A stretch of 64,000 nt of DNA from contig NC_042997.1 of the NCBI RefSeq assembly GCF_006345805.1, positions 71,920,001-71,984,000 of the forward strand, written 5' to 3'. Position 1 is the stretch's first letter; every line of letters starts with the position of its first letter. Positions 1-13,240 of the stretch are shown here, one piece after another. The notes under the pieces are model-generated. The model worked only from the letters and a program-made list of their open reading frames with translations. It searched no databases and had not been told where the DNA came from. The position numbers and the translations under genes are program-made. The DNA comes from Octopus sinensis (Eukaryota).

Positions 1-280
1 ATTTTCATTGTTTATATTGTTTGGATTCTTTGGTAAGAGGCTCAGCGCCTCAATTTGTAAAGGCGATTACGTCAATTGTTATTGAACTGAGATAAGAGGT
101 TTAGTGCTTCATTTTGTTTTTTAAAATAAAAAGAACAATATTTTCGAGAATGCAACAATCGGTGTGCGTTGTTTGCTTCTCCTACCAACCATTTCTTTCA
201 TTTCATCATCATCGTGTCCTCGTCCAGCCCGCAGCTACTACTGCTGTGCAATGCCTTGATGGCAAATCGAATGAAATAAA

Positions 281-419
281 GTAGCTTGCTTACCAACCAC
301 ATGGTTTCGAGTTCAGTCCCACAGCATGGCACCTTGGGCAAATGTCTTCTACTCTAGCCTCAGGCCGACAAAAGCCTTGTGAGTGGATTTGGTAGACGGA
401 AACTGAAAGAAGCCCGTTG

Positions 420-463
<44 letters not shown>

Positions 464-471
464 GTGTGTGT

Positions 472-555
<84 letters not shown>

Positions 556-756
556 TGTGTGTATCTGTATTTGTCCCCCATCCTCGCTTGACAACAGATG
601 TTGGTGTGTTTACGTCCCCGTGGTTCGGCAAAAGACTTCGATAGAATAAGTACTAGGCTTACAAAGAATCCGTTCTGGGGTCGATTTGCTCGACTAAAGG
701 CAGTGCTCCATCAGGGACACAGTCAAATGACTGAAACAAGTAAAAGAATAAAAGAA
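281..756 (+). mobile_element. tRNA-derived SINE (family S1, 5'-clipped) with internal (TA)n/(TG)n
   Basis: Matches the full copy at 52990-53395 (GGTAGACGGAAACTGAAAGAAGCC body; tail GTCAAATGACTGAAACAAGTAAAAGA). Confidence 0.8.
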
Positions 757-879
757 TATATTGCTGAATAAACTGATTAATATGTTTGGAAACAGTGACG
801 ATGTTAGCATCCTTTCACGGTTGAGATATAGACTTCTCTGGTAGAGCGATGAAACTTTCTGGTGCAGAGGTAATCACAC

Positions 880-1800
880 TTGTCTAAGATCTTTGCTGAA
901 ATATTGTCTAGTTCTGGAAATTTCATGTCATTTAACCTGTTATTGATAGTTAGCGCAAATGGCAACGTACACTTCCTGCACAATTCACAGAACACTACTC
1001 GGTGCAATCATCACCCAATAAAATGGTATGCTATACATACCATTAGATAATCGACATCCGATGCTATGATATTCATAAACCAACTTACACGATTCGTATT
1101 AAACAGAGGTACCGCCCAATAATTACAACACCAACTTACATAGCACATAATCAACAAACACGCCACCCAACAAAATGACACAGCTCGCATTACATATGCT
1201 CTCCACAAATACTGATCCGCTAAAAAAGCAAATGAAATCCTACAGCAATGCAAAATAGATGTAGTATTCAAAGAAAATATTTCACTCTCGAAAGACACCT
1301 GTGAAACGCAAATATACAACTGGTGATGCTGCAGAAACTCAAATAAACTATTGAAAACTAAGTATGATAAGAATGGCTTGTAATGATTTTGTACATTGGT
1401 ATTTAGCTGTGTGACACAAAGAAGAAAATCGAAGAGCTGTCAAGTAAGACTTCCAGATATATACGTCCAAAAGGGCATTCTTAGGAAGTGTCCATTTTCT
1501 GAGGAAATTATCGTTAGTTTGTGATTGGAAAAAAACAAAACATGCTTTCCAACCACTACAGAGTGGCTTCGGTAGAGTAAATGCCACTTAAACCGAAGAA
1601 TATGATAATGATGGATAATGAGGAATATTACAAGGGCAAATTGAAGATCATAGTATTCAAAGCACTTAAGTTACAAGAAACTCAATGTGACCTAAGCACT
1701 TTAGCAACAGGGTCTTCAATTATAAGACACCAAGGGTTCTACATTCAACTTCAGAAACCAACTTTGACACTTTCTTCACAAGAAAGAATGTCTTTGGGAC
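880..1800 (+). pseudogene. Possible highly degenerate Penelope-like RT-thumb/GIY-YIG remnant
   Basis: Interrupted translation gives HNSQNTTRCNHHP and ILQQCKIDVVFKENISL, reminiscent of PLE 'S.HP' and 'IL....I.V.FKP..TL' segments; many stops; weak similarity only. Confidence 0.25.
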
Positions 1801-2149
1801 TAACGTATTCATTCTTCTCGTAACTTCAGACACATTATTTTAATTCATTTTCAAAATTGTAACATATACTATATCCAATGCGTGCCTTTTCGTTACATAA
1901 CACAAGGTAAATGAGGGTATCATTGTATCATTATACGCATTATTTTCATGACACGTAATTTTATCAACTGTACTTTTAAATCAACTTATTATATAGCTAT
2001 ATTATTTATCTCGGGCACTAGTAACGCGATAGAGTGAGGGTCTTATTGTTTCAAGTGCATGAAGAGTGTCTGTGTTGTAATGTGAACACAAACGGAGTAA
2101 TTGAAATAATTACAACTAAAGTATGAAATGGCAAACTCACATACGCGAG

Positions 2150-2480
<331 letters not shown>

Positions 2481-3595
2481 AACTTATTACATTGATCGTC
2501 ACAACGAAATTGATAGGTTATCCTACTCTGATCAAAATACAATATATCAATTGAGAACCATCTCTAGCTGAAAATTAATCCTGACTGTTAGGTGGTTGAA
2601 TTTAACGAAACGTTTCTGTGGATTTCAGCTGATAAAGCCATTGGAAAGTAGATCTCTGCGATTTTTCAGTATAGTCTCGACTCTAAGTTATAAAGAAAAG
2701 ATAGAAATGAAAGAAGACCAAGATATCTAGGCGGTCCTAAGTTTATCTGCTTTTCTTCTGTCTAACTAGGCGGGCAACCTCACAGTTACCGATTCCCTTA
2801 ATTTCCGACAGTTTTGCAACTTTAGTACAGGATAATATCGATTTTTACATTGACACAAGAGGAAGGATCAAGTCATTTCACCACTCCAGCCAGTGCAGGA
2901 TAAGGGAGTTGTATATCTTTCTCCCAAGGAAGACACTTCTAAGTAAACATTCAGCCTGCTACAAGTAACCAAACTCCACTCCAAACAAATCATACAGACC
3001 ATCGTTTAAAAAAAGATATTTGACAGAGTCATCAATGAAATGAAAAAGAACTGGTCACGAATGGAATGTCTTTGATCATTATTCTGCTCGATCAAGCTGA
3101 CCTGGGGTTAAAACATCATTTGTTTCTTTCTCTCCACACACACATGCACATACACACTCACACTCTCTCGCGCGCACATGCACACACACATATAGAAACA
3201 TGTACATATACGTATACACTTATATACATACATACACATGCATGCACACACATCCATACACCTATTATTCTCTAATATCTCCAAGTTCTCTCAGTCACAA
3301 ATTATCTATCATCATTATAATATTTTCGATCCCTCTGCCTTAATTCTCCTTTAATTAGCTATCTGGTGCTCTCGCCTTATGATATTTTCATTTTTCTTTC
3401 ATTTCTTATTTCTCTTTCTCTCTCACTCTACCTCTTCTCTCTCTCTCTCTCTTTCTCTTTCTCTCACTTTCTTTCTTTGTTGGAGTTTCTGAATTAACAC
3501 TGCATATTCTTACCATACTCGTCACAGAATATGTGCGTGTGCGTCTATGTATGTATTGTGTATGTGTATGTATGTATGTATGTATGTATGTATGC

Positions 3596-3668
<73 letters not shown>

Positions 3669-3890
3669 TCATATAGGGTGGCAAAAAAATTTTTGTAGAA
3701 TTTTTTTGCCACCAGCGGCCTAGTGGGAAAAAATTAAATAGTCATAGACCATTTTTAAGTTCAACATCAACAATCAAGGAACGGCCATAATAGGCCATTC
3801 ACCCACTAGAAATAACAGCCAAAGCTTCAACCGCAAATAAAAATCAATTCCGTAAACAGGGGAAAATTTAAAAAACATTTACCCTGTAAT

Positions 3891-3989
3891 TTCTTATACG
3901 ATGCACCGTTTCATCTGCTGTTTAATGGTAAACTAACCTGATAAATTAAATCAAGCCAATCTTCCATAGGCCCTCAGATTCTTCAGTAA

Positions 3990-3992
<3 letters not shown>
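3891..3992 (-). ncRNA. Type I hammerhead ribozyme, family H1, copy 1
   Basis: Minus strand: TTCTTA | CTGAAGA | ATCTG..(57 nt)..CAGAT | GAAA | CG-GTGCAT-CG | TA | TAAGAA. Helices I, II and III all pair; cleavage triplet GUA. Confidence 0.85.
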
Positions 3993-4066
<74 letters not shown>

Positions 4067-4070
4067 TGTA

Positions 4071-4175
4071 ATTCTTATACGATGCACCGTTTCATCTGCT
4101 GTTTAATGGTAAACTAACCTGATTAAATTAAATCAAGCCAATCTTCCATAGGCCCTCAGATTCTTCAGTAAGAAT
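4071..4175 (-). ncRNA. Type I hammerhead ribozyme, family H1, copy 2 (direct tandem)
   Basis: Near-identical to 3891-3992, about 181 nt away; helix I ATTCTTA/TAAGAAT. Confidence 0.85.
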
Positions 4176-4202
4176 ATATATATTATATATATATATATTA
4201 TA

Positions 4203-4235
<33 letters not shown>

Positions 4236-4276
4236 ATATATATTTATCAAAAGAAAAACAGGATGCAAAGGATTTA

Positions 4277-4363
4277 GCGGTACATATGTTTCTGGCTTTA
4301 TTGGACAGTTTATATCAATGCATAATTGATGTAACATATATGTCAATAGCCTTCTTCAGCCGC
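4277..4363 (-). ncRNA. Type I hammerhead ribozyme, family H2 (minus arm)
   Basis: Reverse complement of 4439-4525 with one substitution in the helix II extension. Confidence 0.85.
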
Positions 4364-4438
4364 GCACAATTACCACACCAAAGACATGTATTACATTATA
4401 GCAGGTTTGAGAAGAAGTTTGGGAAAAATACGAGTTTC

Positions 4439-4525
4439 GCGGCTGAAGAAGGCTATTGACATACATGTTACATCAATTATGCATTGATATAAACTGTCCA
4501 ATAAAGCCAGAAACATATGTACCGC
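4439..4525 (+). ncRNA. Type I hammerhead ribozyme, family H2 (plus arm)
   Basis: GCGG | CTGAAGA | AGGCTATTGACA...TGTCCAATAAAGCCA | GAAAC-ATAT-GTA | CCGC; palindromic helix III ACATATGT; GUA triplet. Confidence 0.85.
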
Positions 4526-4643
4526 TAAATCCTTTGCATCCTGTTTTTCTTTTGATAAATATACCCTATCACCTATACCACTAACTGGCATATACAGGTG
4601 CTTACAGTTATCAAGTATTCACCCTGAATTTTTTGTATATATA

Positions 4644-5145
4644 TATTTCTTTATTACCCACAGGGGGCTAAACATAGAGGGGCAAACAAGGACAGACAAG
4701 GGGATTAAGTCGATTACATCGACCCCAGTGATTAACTGGTACTTATTTAATCGACCCCGAAAAGATGAAAGGCATAGTCGACCTCGGCGGAATTTGAACT
4801 CAGAACGTAACGGCAGACGAAATACCTATTTCTTTATTACCCACAAGGGGCTAAACATAGAGGGGACAAACAAGGACAGACATAGGTATTAAGTCAATTA
4901 CATCGACCCCAGTGCGAAACTGGTACTCGATAAATTATGTACCAGTTTCGCACTGGGGTCGATGTAATTGACTTAATACCTATGTCTGTCCTTGTTTGTC
5001 CCCTCTATGTTTAGCCCCTTGTGGTAATAAAGAAATAGGTATTTCGTCTGCCGTTACGTTCTGAGTTCAAATTAAACTGGCAGACGAAATACCGCTAGGC
5101 ATTTCGCCCGGCGTGCTAGCGTTCTAACGTTTCTGCCAGCTCACC
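4644..5145. mobile_element. Cluster of SINE family S2 pieces (tandem plus inverted)
   Basis: Matches the full S2 copy at 41299-41520; direct repeat 4644/4827; inverted arms 4791-4926 and 4939-5073; SINE head on minus at 5076-5145. Confidence 0.8.
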
Positions 5146-5150
5146 TTATG

Positions 5151-5191
<41 letters not shown>

Positions 5192-5225
5192 GTGTGTGTG
5201 TGCGTGTGTGTGTGTGTGTGGTGTG

Positions 5226-5257
<32 letters not shown>

Positions 5258-5606
5258 AGCGTGCGAGTGTGCGCGCATATCCATTCGTATTGTTTATGTA
5301 TCTGTATTGTATGTGTGCAACACCCATTGAGACAGAAACACCTGGTCACAGCTGTCCTCCTGTCTCCAGAAAAAAAACAAATAAGAAAAAATGTCTTTTC
5401 ATCTATGACATATTCAGGAGAATTCTTGATTTTTTTCACAGGCCGTCGCAATTGTCACCAAGCGGTTTTTTTTTGTTTACCGTCTCGCCAAGCGGAGTTA
5501 AATTTAAAATGAATCAAGAATTTATCTTCTATTTTAGTATATCTTCTTTATTTGTCTTTGTTGAGTGTTTACAGTTTTTTTTTTACTTTTGTTTTATGCA
5601 CGCGAG

Positions 5607-5642
<36 letters not shown>

Positions 5643-5869
5643 CCCAGTCATACACACCCACGCTCACACACACACACACACACACACAGATATACACACA
5701 TCTCTTTCAGCCGCCTCCGCCGATCTTTCTCCCCTCGCTTATTTCTTTCCTCCTCACTCTAAATTCCGCTCTCTCTTACTGTCTGTCGTCTACTTTGTCT
5801 CAGTTATTTCCATCCCCTCATCGAAGTAATAAAGTCTTGACTATTGTTCTCTCTTTCTCTCTCTCATAC

Positions 5870-6060
5870 ATTCACACGTACGCACGCACATATATTCGCG
5901 CGCGCACTCGTTCTTTCTCTCTCCCTTAATTTGAATAGAATCAAGGTTTTTTTGTTTACTTTTCGTTTTAAAATATGATGGACCTGAATAGTGTGAGTGT
6001 GTACGCTTGCCTGCACATTAAACCCATTATTAAGAAGATAACTTACTTCTCTTTCACTCA
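5870..6060 (+). repeat. Dispersed repeat, copy 2 (partner 2150-2480)
   Basis: Same conserved blocks as 2150-2480 without the long (GT)n. Confidence 0.7.
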
Positions 6061-6513
6061 ACTATTATAAATAAATAACATAAGTAATAAATAATAAAAT
6101 AAAATAGATAAAGCAAGCACTTTGATTGAATCGCTTCATTTTTAATTAAACGTCTGCTACCTGATGTCGCTAATGTCTCTAACTGTCCAGAGCCATTAAC
6201 AAAATAATGATGGCTAAGAAGGGGCCAACAAACAATATGACTCCAGTGAAAAACTTCGTCGTACAGTAAGCGTTAAGGAGATCCAAGAGAGTGCTTTCTT
6301 TCCTACGATAAGCTTTCTCTTTCCTCGCAGCTTTATTCCACATCCCACTCCTTATCCGTCAGTGATTTTCTCACTGTTGTAATTAAAACGCTTCACCCTC
6401 TCTGTCTTCTCTTTCTCTTTCACAGAAACACAGCAGTAAATTTTTCGCCCTCTCCTTTTTTTAGTTCTGAGAATGATATATACATGTGTGTGTATATATA
6501 CACACATGTATAT

Positions 6514-6559
<46 letters not shown>

Positions 6560-7039
6560 ATATATAGAGATAAATAAAATATATGCATACATACAAACAT
6601 ATATGTACGTACCTACATCTACAGGTATATATACATGCATATATAAATAATTATACGGGAGTACAGGACATCACAATAAGACGTAGAAACGGAAAAAGCC
6701 AAAAAACAAAAAACAAGAAAACGGAAAACGAAAAACAAATACAGGACGAGCTACACAAGGACAAAACCCCCGTCATCAGCTGTCGCTAGAGGAGTCAGGC
6801 ATGTTTCGAAGGCATAACAGAACACTAATCCAATAGGCCTTCCTGCGAGAGAATTAAAATAAAATTTCAAGCAGCGGGGCACAATGAGTACGAACACAAA
6901 CAAGACGTAACAATAAGACTGCAAAATTAAAATACATGTACAAAAACAAACACAAGAGGACGAACGAAAAAGCCTTTTTTCTGGCAAGACACAAACAAAT
7001 AAAACTGCAAAAATAAAAATACATGTATATATATATATA

Positions 7040-7096
<57 letters not shown>

Positions 7097-7150
7097 GGCG
7101 GTTGCCCCAGCATGGCCACAGCTCATTAGCTGAAGCTGGAAAAATCAAAA

Positions 7151-7197
<47 letters not shown>

Positions 7198-7359
7198 TCA
7201 TATCATATATGGATAAAAATAAGAAATGGAAATGAAAACATTTGCCATCACTCGAAAAATACATACATGCAAAGATATGTATGTATGTTTATATAAAATC
7301 CTTAAATCCTAAAAATGTTTTAGCCCGAAGGCTGCGGCCATGCTATATATATATATATC

Positions 7360-7390
<31 letters not shown>

Positions 7391-7751
7391 TGAATCTGAC
7401 TGCCTTTTTAGCATGTAAGAAGTCCACATAAAGGTCTTCGCTTTGTGAATAAATTTTTATACACTCATATAAGGAATAGAATCTGAAAACTATGGAAATA
7501 CTTACCTATTCAAAGACTATAAAAATATCTACAAAACATTTCACTTAATTTTTTTCTCCAGTTTAATTGTTTTTCTTATTTTACTCTTAGTTGAAAAAGT
7601 CTAAAAAGACGGAAACCGTTGTCTCTAACGGCTATTGAAAAGGTTGCAAGACGCAATGCGAAAATTTTAGTAAAAAAAGTAACTGAGTGGAAATCAGAGC
7701 GGTGTGTTAAATTAATAAGGCACTGAAACAGAATGACTCTCCCAAGACACA

Positions 7752-7829
<78 letters not shown>

Positions 7830-7832
7830 ACA

Positions 7833-7864
<32 letters not shown>

Positions 7865-7879
7865 AGGTTAATCCAAACG

Positions 7880-8070
7880 AGAAAACAGAAAAACAACAAC
7901 ACAAGGAGGTGGAACAATTAAAGTATTATTATTAGGCGCTCAGGAAAAAGGGAAGGAGGGTATGACGTTTCGAGCGGAGCTCTTCGTCGGAAACATAAGA
8001 GAAAGAAAGATCCCGAGGCGGGCGAACGGAGGAAAAAAAAACGCGACTGGTTTTTACGAAGTAAACATGC
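7880..8070 (-). mobile_element. PLE-like terminal repeat with variant HHR (CCGACGA core), family H8
   Basis: Minus strand 7960-7994: GTTT | CCGACGA | AGAGC-TCC-GCTC | GAAAC GTC | ATAC; related copies at about 15.1, 42.5 and 58.6 kb. Confidence 0.5.
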
Positions 8071-8712
8071 TGAAAGGCCGGAAGTTTTGGACAACAGGGG
8101 CAGGTTTTTAAAGACAGGAGAGCGGAAAAAAGAAGGTTGGTAACAACTCGATGAATGGGAAGAATAATGTGTATGTGTGAGTGTGTACGTGTGCGTGTGT
8201 GTATGTGTGTTGTAAGGCGAGCTAAAAAAATATGTATATGTTAGTGCGTGCGTCTGTGTGTAAGTGTGCGTACGTAGGGCGAAAGGTGGTTGACATAGCA
8301 GTCGCAGGTCAGTGGTCAGTGGTAAAAAGAGGAAGGAGGGAATGTGTGGGGGCGTATGTACGTCCCGTGTGTGTGTTGAGTTGTAGTGTGTGTGTGTCCA
8401 GTGTGCGTAGTTGTATGTATGGCAAGTAAATTTGAAGTGTGTGTAAGTGTATTGTATATATATATGCAAATGTGTGTGTGTGAGTGCGTGTATGTATGTG
8501 TGTGCGTGTGTGTACAAAAGGTAGGGGTATTATATGTGTGTGTGTATATAAGCATGCAAGGAAACAAACTGCAACTGACGGAAATATGGAAAAATGCTCC
8601 CGCGGTGACAGGCGTAAGAGAAACCCAAGAAACACGCTGGCCCCAGATACGAACAAGAGATCTAGTCGGAACCCACGGGCGTGGGCATGCATGTATGTAT
8701 GCGTGCGCGAAC

Positions 8713-8743
<31 letters not shown>

Positions 8744-9519
8744 TATATATATATATATTATATATATATATGCATACATACACTTACATACATACATATA
8801 CAGACACATTAAGACACACTTGCACGCACACAGACGGAACACACACACAGACGGAACACACACACACATGCACTACAAACTTATCTGTTAAAATATGCTT
8901 GAGACATATTCGAACCCTTAAGAAAGCCATTCACTATATTTTCAAATGCAAACACATTTTCACTGCAAACACACCAAGTCAGTTCACAGTGCTCCCAAAC
9001 CAGACTGTTCGATGCATGCATTTCGGAGTTGTCATCTTCTCCTCAGCACCAGAGACTGGAAAGGCAGACACTGCAAACGGATAAAATAGATAGGTCTGTT
9101 TCATTATATTCTAGACATCGTACTATGGCTGGTTGTACTAGTCGGCAGTTCACCGTAAATGAAATACTGAAGTGGGACACCGTGACACCATGATATATAT
9201 TTAGCTTCGCGGTCAACTTACACCCCATGTATATGAACCATAGGACTCGTAGCTATCATTGGTTGTATTGTTTGGAATAACGTCGGGATTTTCTTCTTTA
9301 ATGAGAGAATATGTTGATACACCTTATGGAATTATAAACAAGAGCATTGCTGGCTGCTTTATAATTATATATTGATGCTGAATTCGCCTGATATATGAAT
9401 TAAATTTCGCACCGACAAAGCGTAATGGAAATAAAATTTCCACATCGAGATTGAATTTATGCTTATGAAACAAATAGTTGTTATTTGTTGACAAATTTAT
9501 TCTCTAACAATATAAAAGG

Positions 9520-9700
9520 CGGCGAGCTGGCAAAATCGTTAGCTCACCGAGTCAAATGCTAAGCGCCACCCCGTTCGTCTTTACGTTTTGAGTTCAAATT
9601 CCTTCGAGGTCGACTTTGCCTTTAATCCTTTAGGGATCGATAAAATAAGCACCAGTTGAACACTGGGGATCAAGTAATTGATTTAGCCCTACTCCAGAAA
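9520..9700 (+). mobile_element. SINE family S2, diverged
   Basis: GGCGAGCTGGCA head, GAGTTCAAATT B-box-like motif, GTCGACTTTGCCTTT body as in 41299-41520. Confidence 0.75.
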
Positions 9701-11318
9701 ACCCATGTAACTATATCTGCCTGCGGTGGATACATGTTCGATCTTATAATTAAGCGAATTTACGACTATAAAGAAAAGCGTAGTCACAGCTTTCGATCTC
9801 CCCTAATGTGAACAATAGAAGAAAGCCGATTGTGGTCAGTGGCGAAAGGGCTTTTTTATTTGTAATATCAAGAATATTCCGGAGTTAACCATCTAGCAGT
9901 AAATGCATGTGTGTGTGGGAGAGAGAGAGAGAGAGAGAGGGGGGGAGGGAGGGAGAGAGAGAGAGAGGATTTTAAAATAGAAAGAAATTGTCTCTATAAT
10001 AATTGTCTCTATAATAAACGGTCTGAAGAGCCAATGGCAAGATGTACCATTTTTTCCTGGCATTTTTAATTGACCTAAGTCGCATGAGGCGAAGTAAAGT
10101 GTTCTATGACTAGATTTAATTATTTTAAAACTTTGCGTTCATAGACATATCACAAATAAAAACTACAATAATAAAAATTGTTGTCGTTACTTTGTTTTAG
10201 CCCCAGTCAGATTCATTCGAAGAAACCTATGCTAAATGACGTTCAAGTCGTGATTCCAAAGGCCAGAGGCTTTGAAATTACATTACATTCTACTATGATG
10301 CTATAAATTATAACAGTTTGTTGTCCTCGCTTATATGTATCAGGAATTACATTATAAATGTGATTCTTTTTTTAAAAAATCAATTATAGCGTCATTTGAG
10401 AGTGATTTGGCTGCTGTTGCTAACAGATCGAGTAACCATACAAAGATTTCTATACTGGATTCAGCAATGTCATAAATGGCCTGATGCGCCACTACTTTTA
10501 GACATAGGTAGGTGTATTACAATTCAAAACGTGTAAACAAACGGGAATTAATGAAGAAGAAAGACATTGAATAAAATCTGCGTTAAATTGTCTCTCAGGA
10601 TTTATAACGTTAACAATCCCTCACTATTATAAACACATAGAAAATCTGAATCGGCAATTTTCCCTCTACATATGGCCAACTAAGTCATCAAACGTTGTGG
10701 TATTTTTATTCGGCTCGATAACTTGACTTCTTGTAAGTGAGCACCTCTGATCCTTAAGTTTGATACTGGTGCGTATGAAATGTTAAATACCTATTTTAAA
10801 CAACAACAATATTTAAGGATGATTGCAAAAGAAAACTTTGGAGTACGGAAATAAAACATTGAAGGTCAGAATCGGTGAAAGATATTTAATACATTTCTAA
10901 ACGGTGAAATGGCCACACATTGGCTTCTAATACGTCGGGTTTTTCAGAGGCGGTGTTGTTTTCCTGCGTGATGTTCATGATTTTCTTCCGTCATTTAACG
11001 ATCTCAATAACTGTACTAAAATGTATTCAAGTGGCAATTTTATCTTTATAATCTTAAGAAATGTCAGGTAAGTTTAATTGGCCCAATTAAACTATGGTTG
11101 GTGTTTGTTTAATCATGATTCTGCATTTAATTTAATCTTCCGCCCGAATTTCATGCATTATCCGAAACCGTGTTAATGAGGTACTGCCCAAGATATGTGA
11201 ACATGAAACTTTTATAATGAATATATACATTATACTATTGAATTAGCGCCTAAGTAACGAAAGATAGAACATGTAACTAGCGAACTATAAAGATACCAGA
11301 ATATATATATATATATAT

Positions 11319-11378
<60 letters not shown>

Positions 11379-12019
11379 CATTTCTATAACATCATTTTTT
11401 CTTTTTTTAATTATCTTCTCTTTTCTTTGCGACACACTAATAATTATCAAAACGATTTTTTTTCCAACGAAAAGACAAATTACAAATAAGTAACAATATT
11501 CGCCCACGTCAATTAGCATATCATAATAATGTTTGACTTTGTACTAGTTTTCAATGTGGAACGTGTCTGAAACAGAGTAACCATGAGGGGTTACGTGGAT
11601 ATGGGGTCTATGTGTGTGGGTGCATGCCGACGGTATAGTGGTTGGAAAGTCGAGGTCGGGTACCAACATCATAGGCACTAGACACAATGCAAACATTTTC
11701 TCAGTCTCGTTGATCTTCACTGCGCCGACCTCTACAAACAAATACGTATAAATACGCACCCGCACACCCAAACACACACACTCACACTTGCACACTAACA
11801 AAAATTCTTATTTCGGATATTCCACCCTACTTTTCCTGAAATGACACCGACTTATCGTCGTGGTCGTGGTCGTCATCGTCATCGTCATAGTCATCATCAT
11901 CATCATTATTATCATCATCATCAAGTTTATGCACACACACACACATACAAATACATACATACGTATACATACTTATATAAATATGGCTAGTATAATATGG
12001 TTGGGCACCCCGTCAGTTA

Positions 12020-12300
12020 CTACGTCGAGTGTTCCAGTATATTAGATCCACGGAACGCTCTGCTTGTGAAATTAACATGCAAGTGACGGAGCACTCCAGA
12101 GGTACACGTGCCTTTAACGTATTTCTTAGGAAGAATCAGCATGACTTACCGAATGTAACAAGGTTGGCCCATTGAACTACAGGCACAACTCATTTTTGCC
12201 AGCTGAGTGGACTGGGCCAACGAGAAATAAAGTGTCTTGCTCAAGGACACAACGCGCCATTGGGAATCGAATTCATGATCATACGACAGCTAGCTGAATA
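12020..12300 (-). mobile_element. tRNA-derived SINE (family S3), diverged
   Basis: CTCATTTTTGCCAGCTGA.TGGACTGG block shared with 55850-56072. Confidence 0.65.
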
Positions 12301-12348
12301 TATTAACGTCACATGTATCTGTGGTGTGTGTGTGTATAAATATATATA

Positions 12349-12381
<33 letters not shown>

Positions 12382-12394
12382 ATATACATGTATG

Positions 12395-12446
<52 letters not shown>

Positions 12447-12984
12447 ACACACTAACAAGCACACACACGCACACATAAACACACACATATATTTGCATTT
12501 GTGTGTGTGCATGTATGCATATGGTTGTGCGACTATGTGTATGTATATATGTGTGAATTTGTTGGTGTTACAAATGTATTTTTCGTATGTATGTATATAC
12601 GTATGTATGTATGTATGTATGTATGTATGTATGTATGTATGCATGTATGTATGTATGTATGTATGCATGCATGCATGTATGTATGTATATATGTACGTAT
12701 GTATGTAGGTATGTTTATATGTATGTATGCATGCATGAATGTATGTATGTATGAACATTTATTCGTCAGTGTCCGTTTGCAAGATGCTAGTGCGTTTGGG
12801 TGGTTTAATGTTTGACTCCTGGTGGTTCACAGATCGGTACAATGTTACTCAGTGCACACCTGGCAAATGTGTAGACAAGAATTAGATAAAAAAAATCTGA
12901 TCATGTGAAGAGTAAACCGCTTTCCTTAATGAGCTGAAATTTCTCTCTCATACACATACGTTTGTGTGTGTGTGTGTGTGTGTG

Positions 12985-13029
<45 letters not shown>

Positions 13030-13049
13030 AAGGCTCGTGTGTGTGTTTG

Positions 13050-13240
13050 AAGGTTAGGATGTTGCACTCACTATCGCTAGATCGCGGTTTCGATTCCCAG
13101 ACTGAGCAGCACATTGTGTTTTTGAGCAAAACACTTTATTTCACGTGGCTCCGGTACCCCATTCGATCTGGGGTGGTGTCATTTGACGGCTAAAACAATG
13201 CAAAGCACATGGTGATCAGCGTTGTGTAACATCTGGCACT
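13050..13240 (+). mobile_element. tRNA-derived SINE head and body (S3-like)
   Basis: GGTTAGG...GGTTTCGATTCCCAGAC...GAGCAAAACACTT matches the reverse complement of 55850-56072. Confidence 0.65.

Larger units (their letters stand above)
4238..4635. mobile_element. PLE-like inverted pair (family H2): arms 4238-4364 and 4438-4563, plus extension to (TA)n
   Basis: About 125-bp arms, near-identical in reverse complement, 73-bp spacer; each arm holds an HHR; (TA)n on both outer sides. Confidence 0.75.

Noticed and set aside
3877-4240. CRISPR-like repeat-spacer array
   Set aside because: Only two 110-bp units separated by (TA)n, in a eukaryotic context with no cas genes.
6650-7020. Repeat-like region with CTGATGA and GAAAC on the minus strand
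   Set aside because: The motifs are in the wrong order for type I and I could not close the helices for type II/III; probably a decayed PLE-type repeat.
9010-9060. Minus-strand CTGAGGAG...CTCC GAAA TGCATGCATC resembling a hammerhead
   Set aside because: Helix II pairs only by using the core bases, and no helix I can form.
9222-9295. Possible minus-strand exon EENPDVIPNNTTNDSYESYGSYTWG with a GTAAGT donor (NPDxIP recalls Sidestep/nephrin tails)
   Set aside because: Weak AAG acceptor, only a 5-residue motif, and no Ig or transmembrane exons found upstream; cannot be supported without RNA data.
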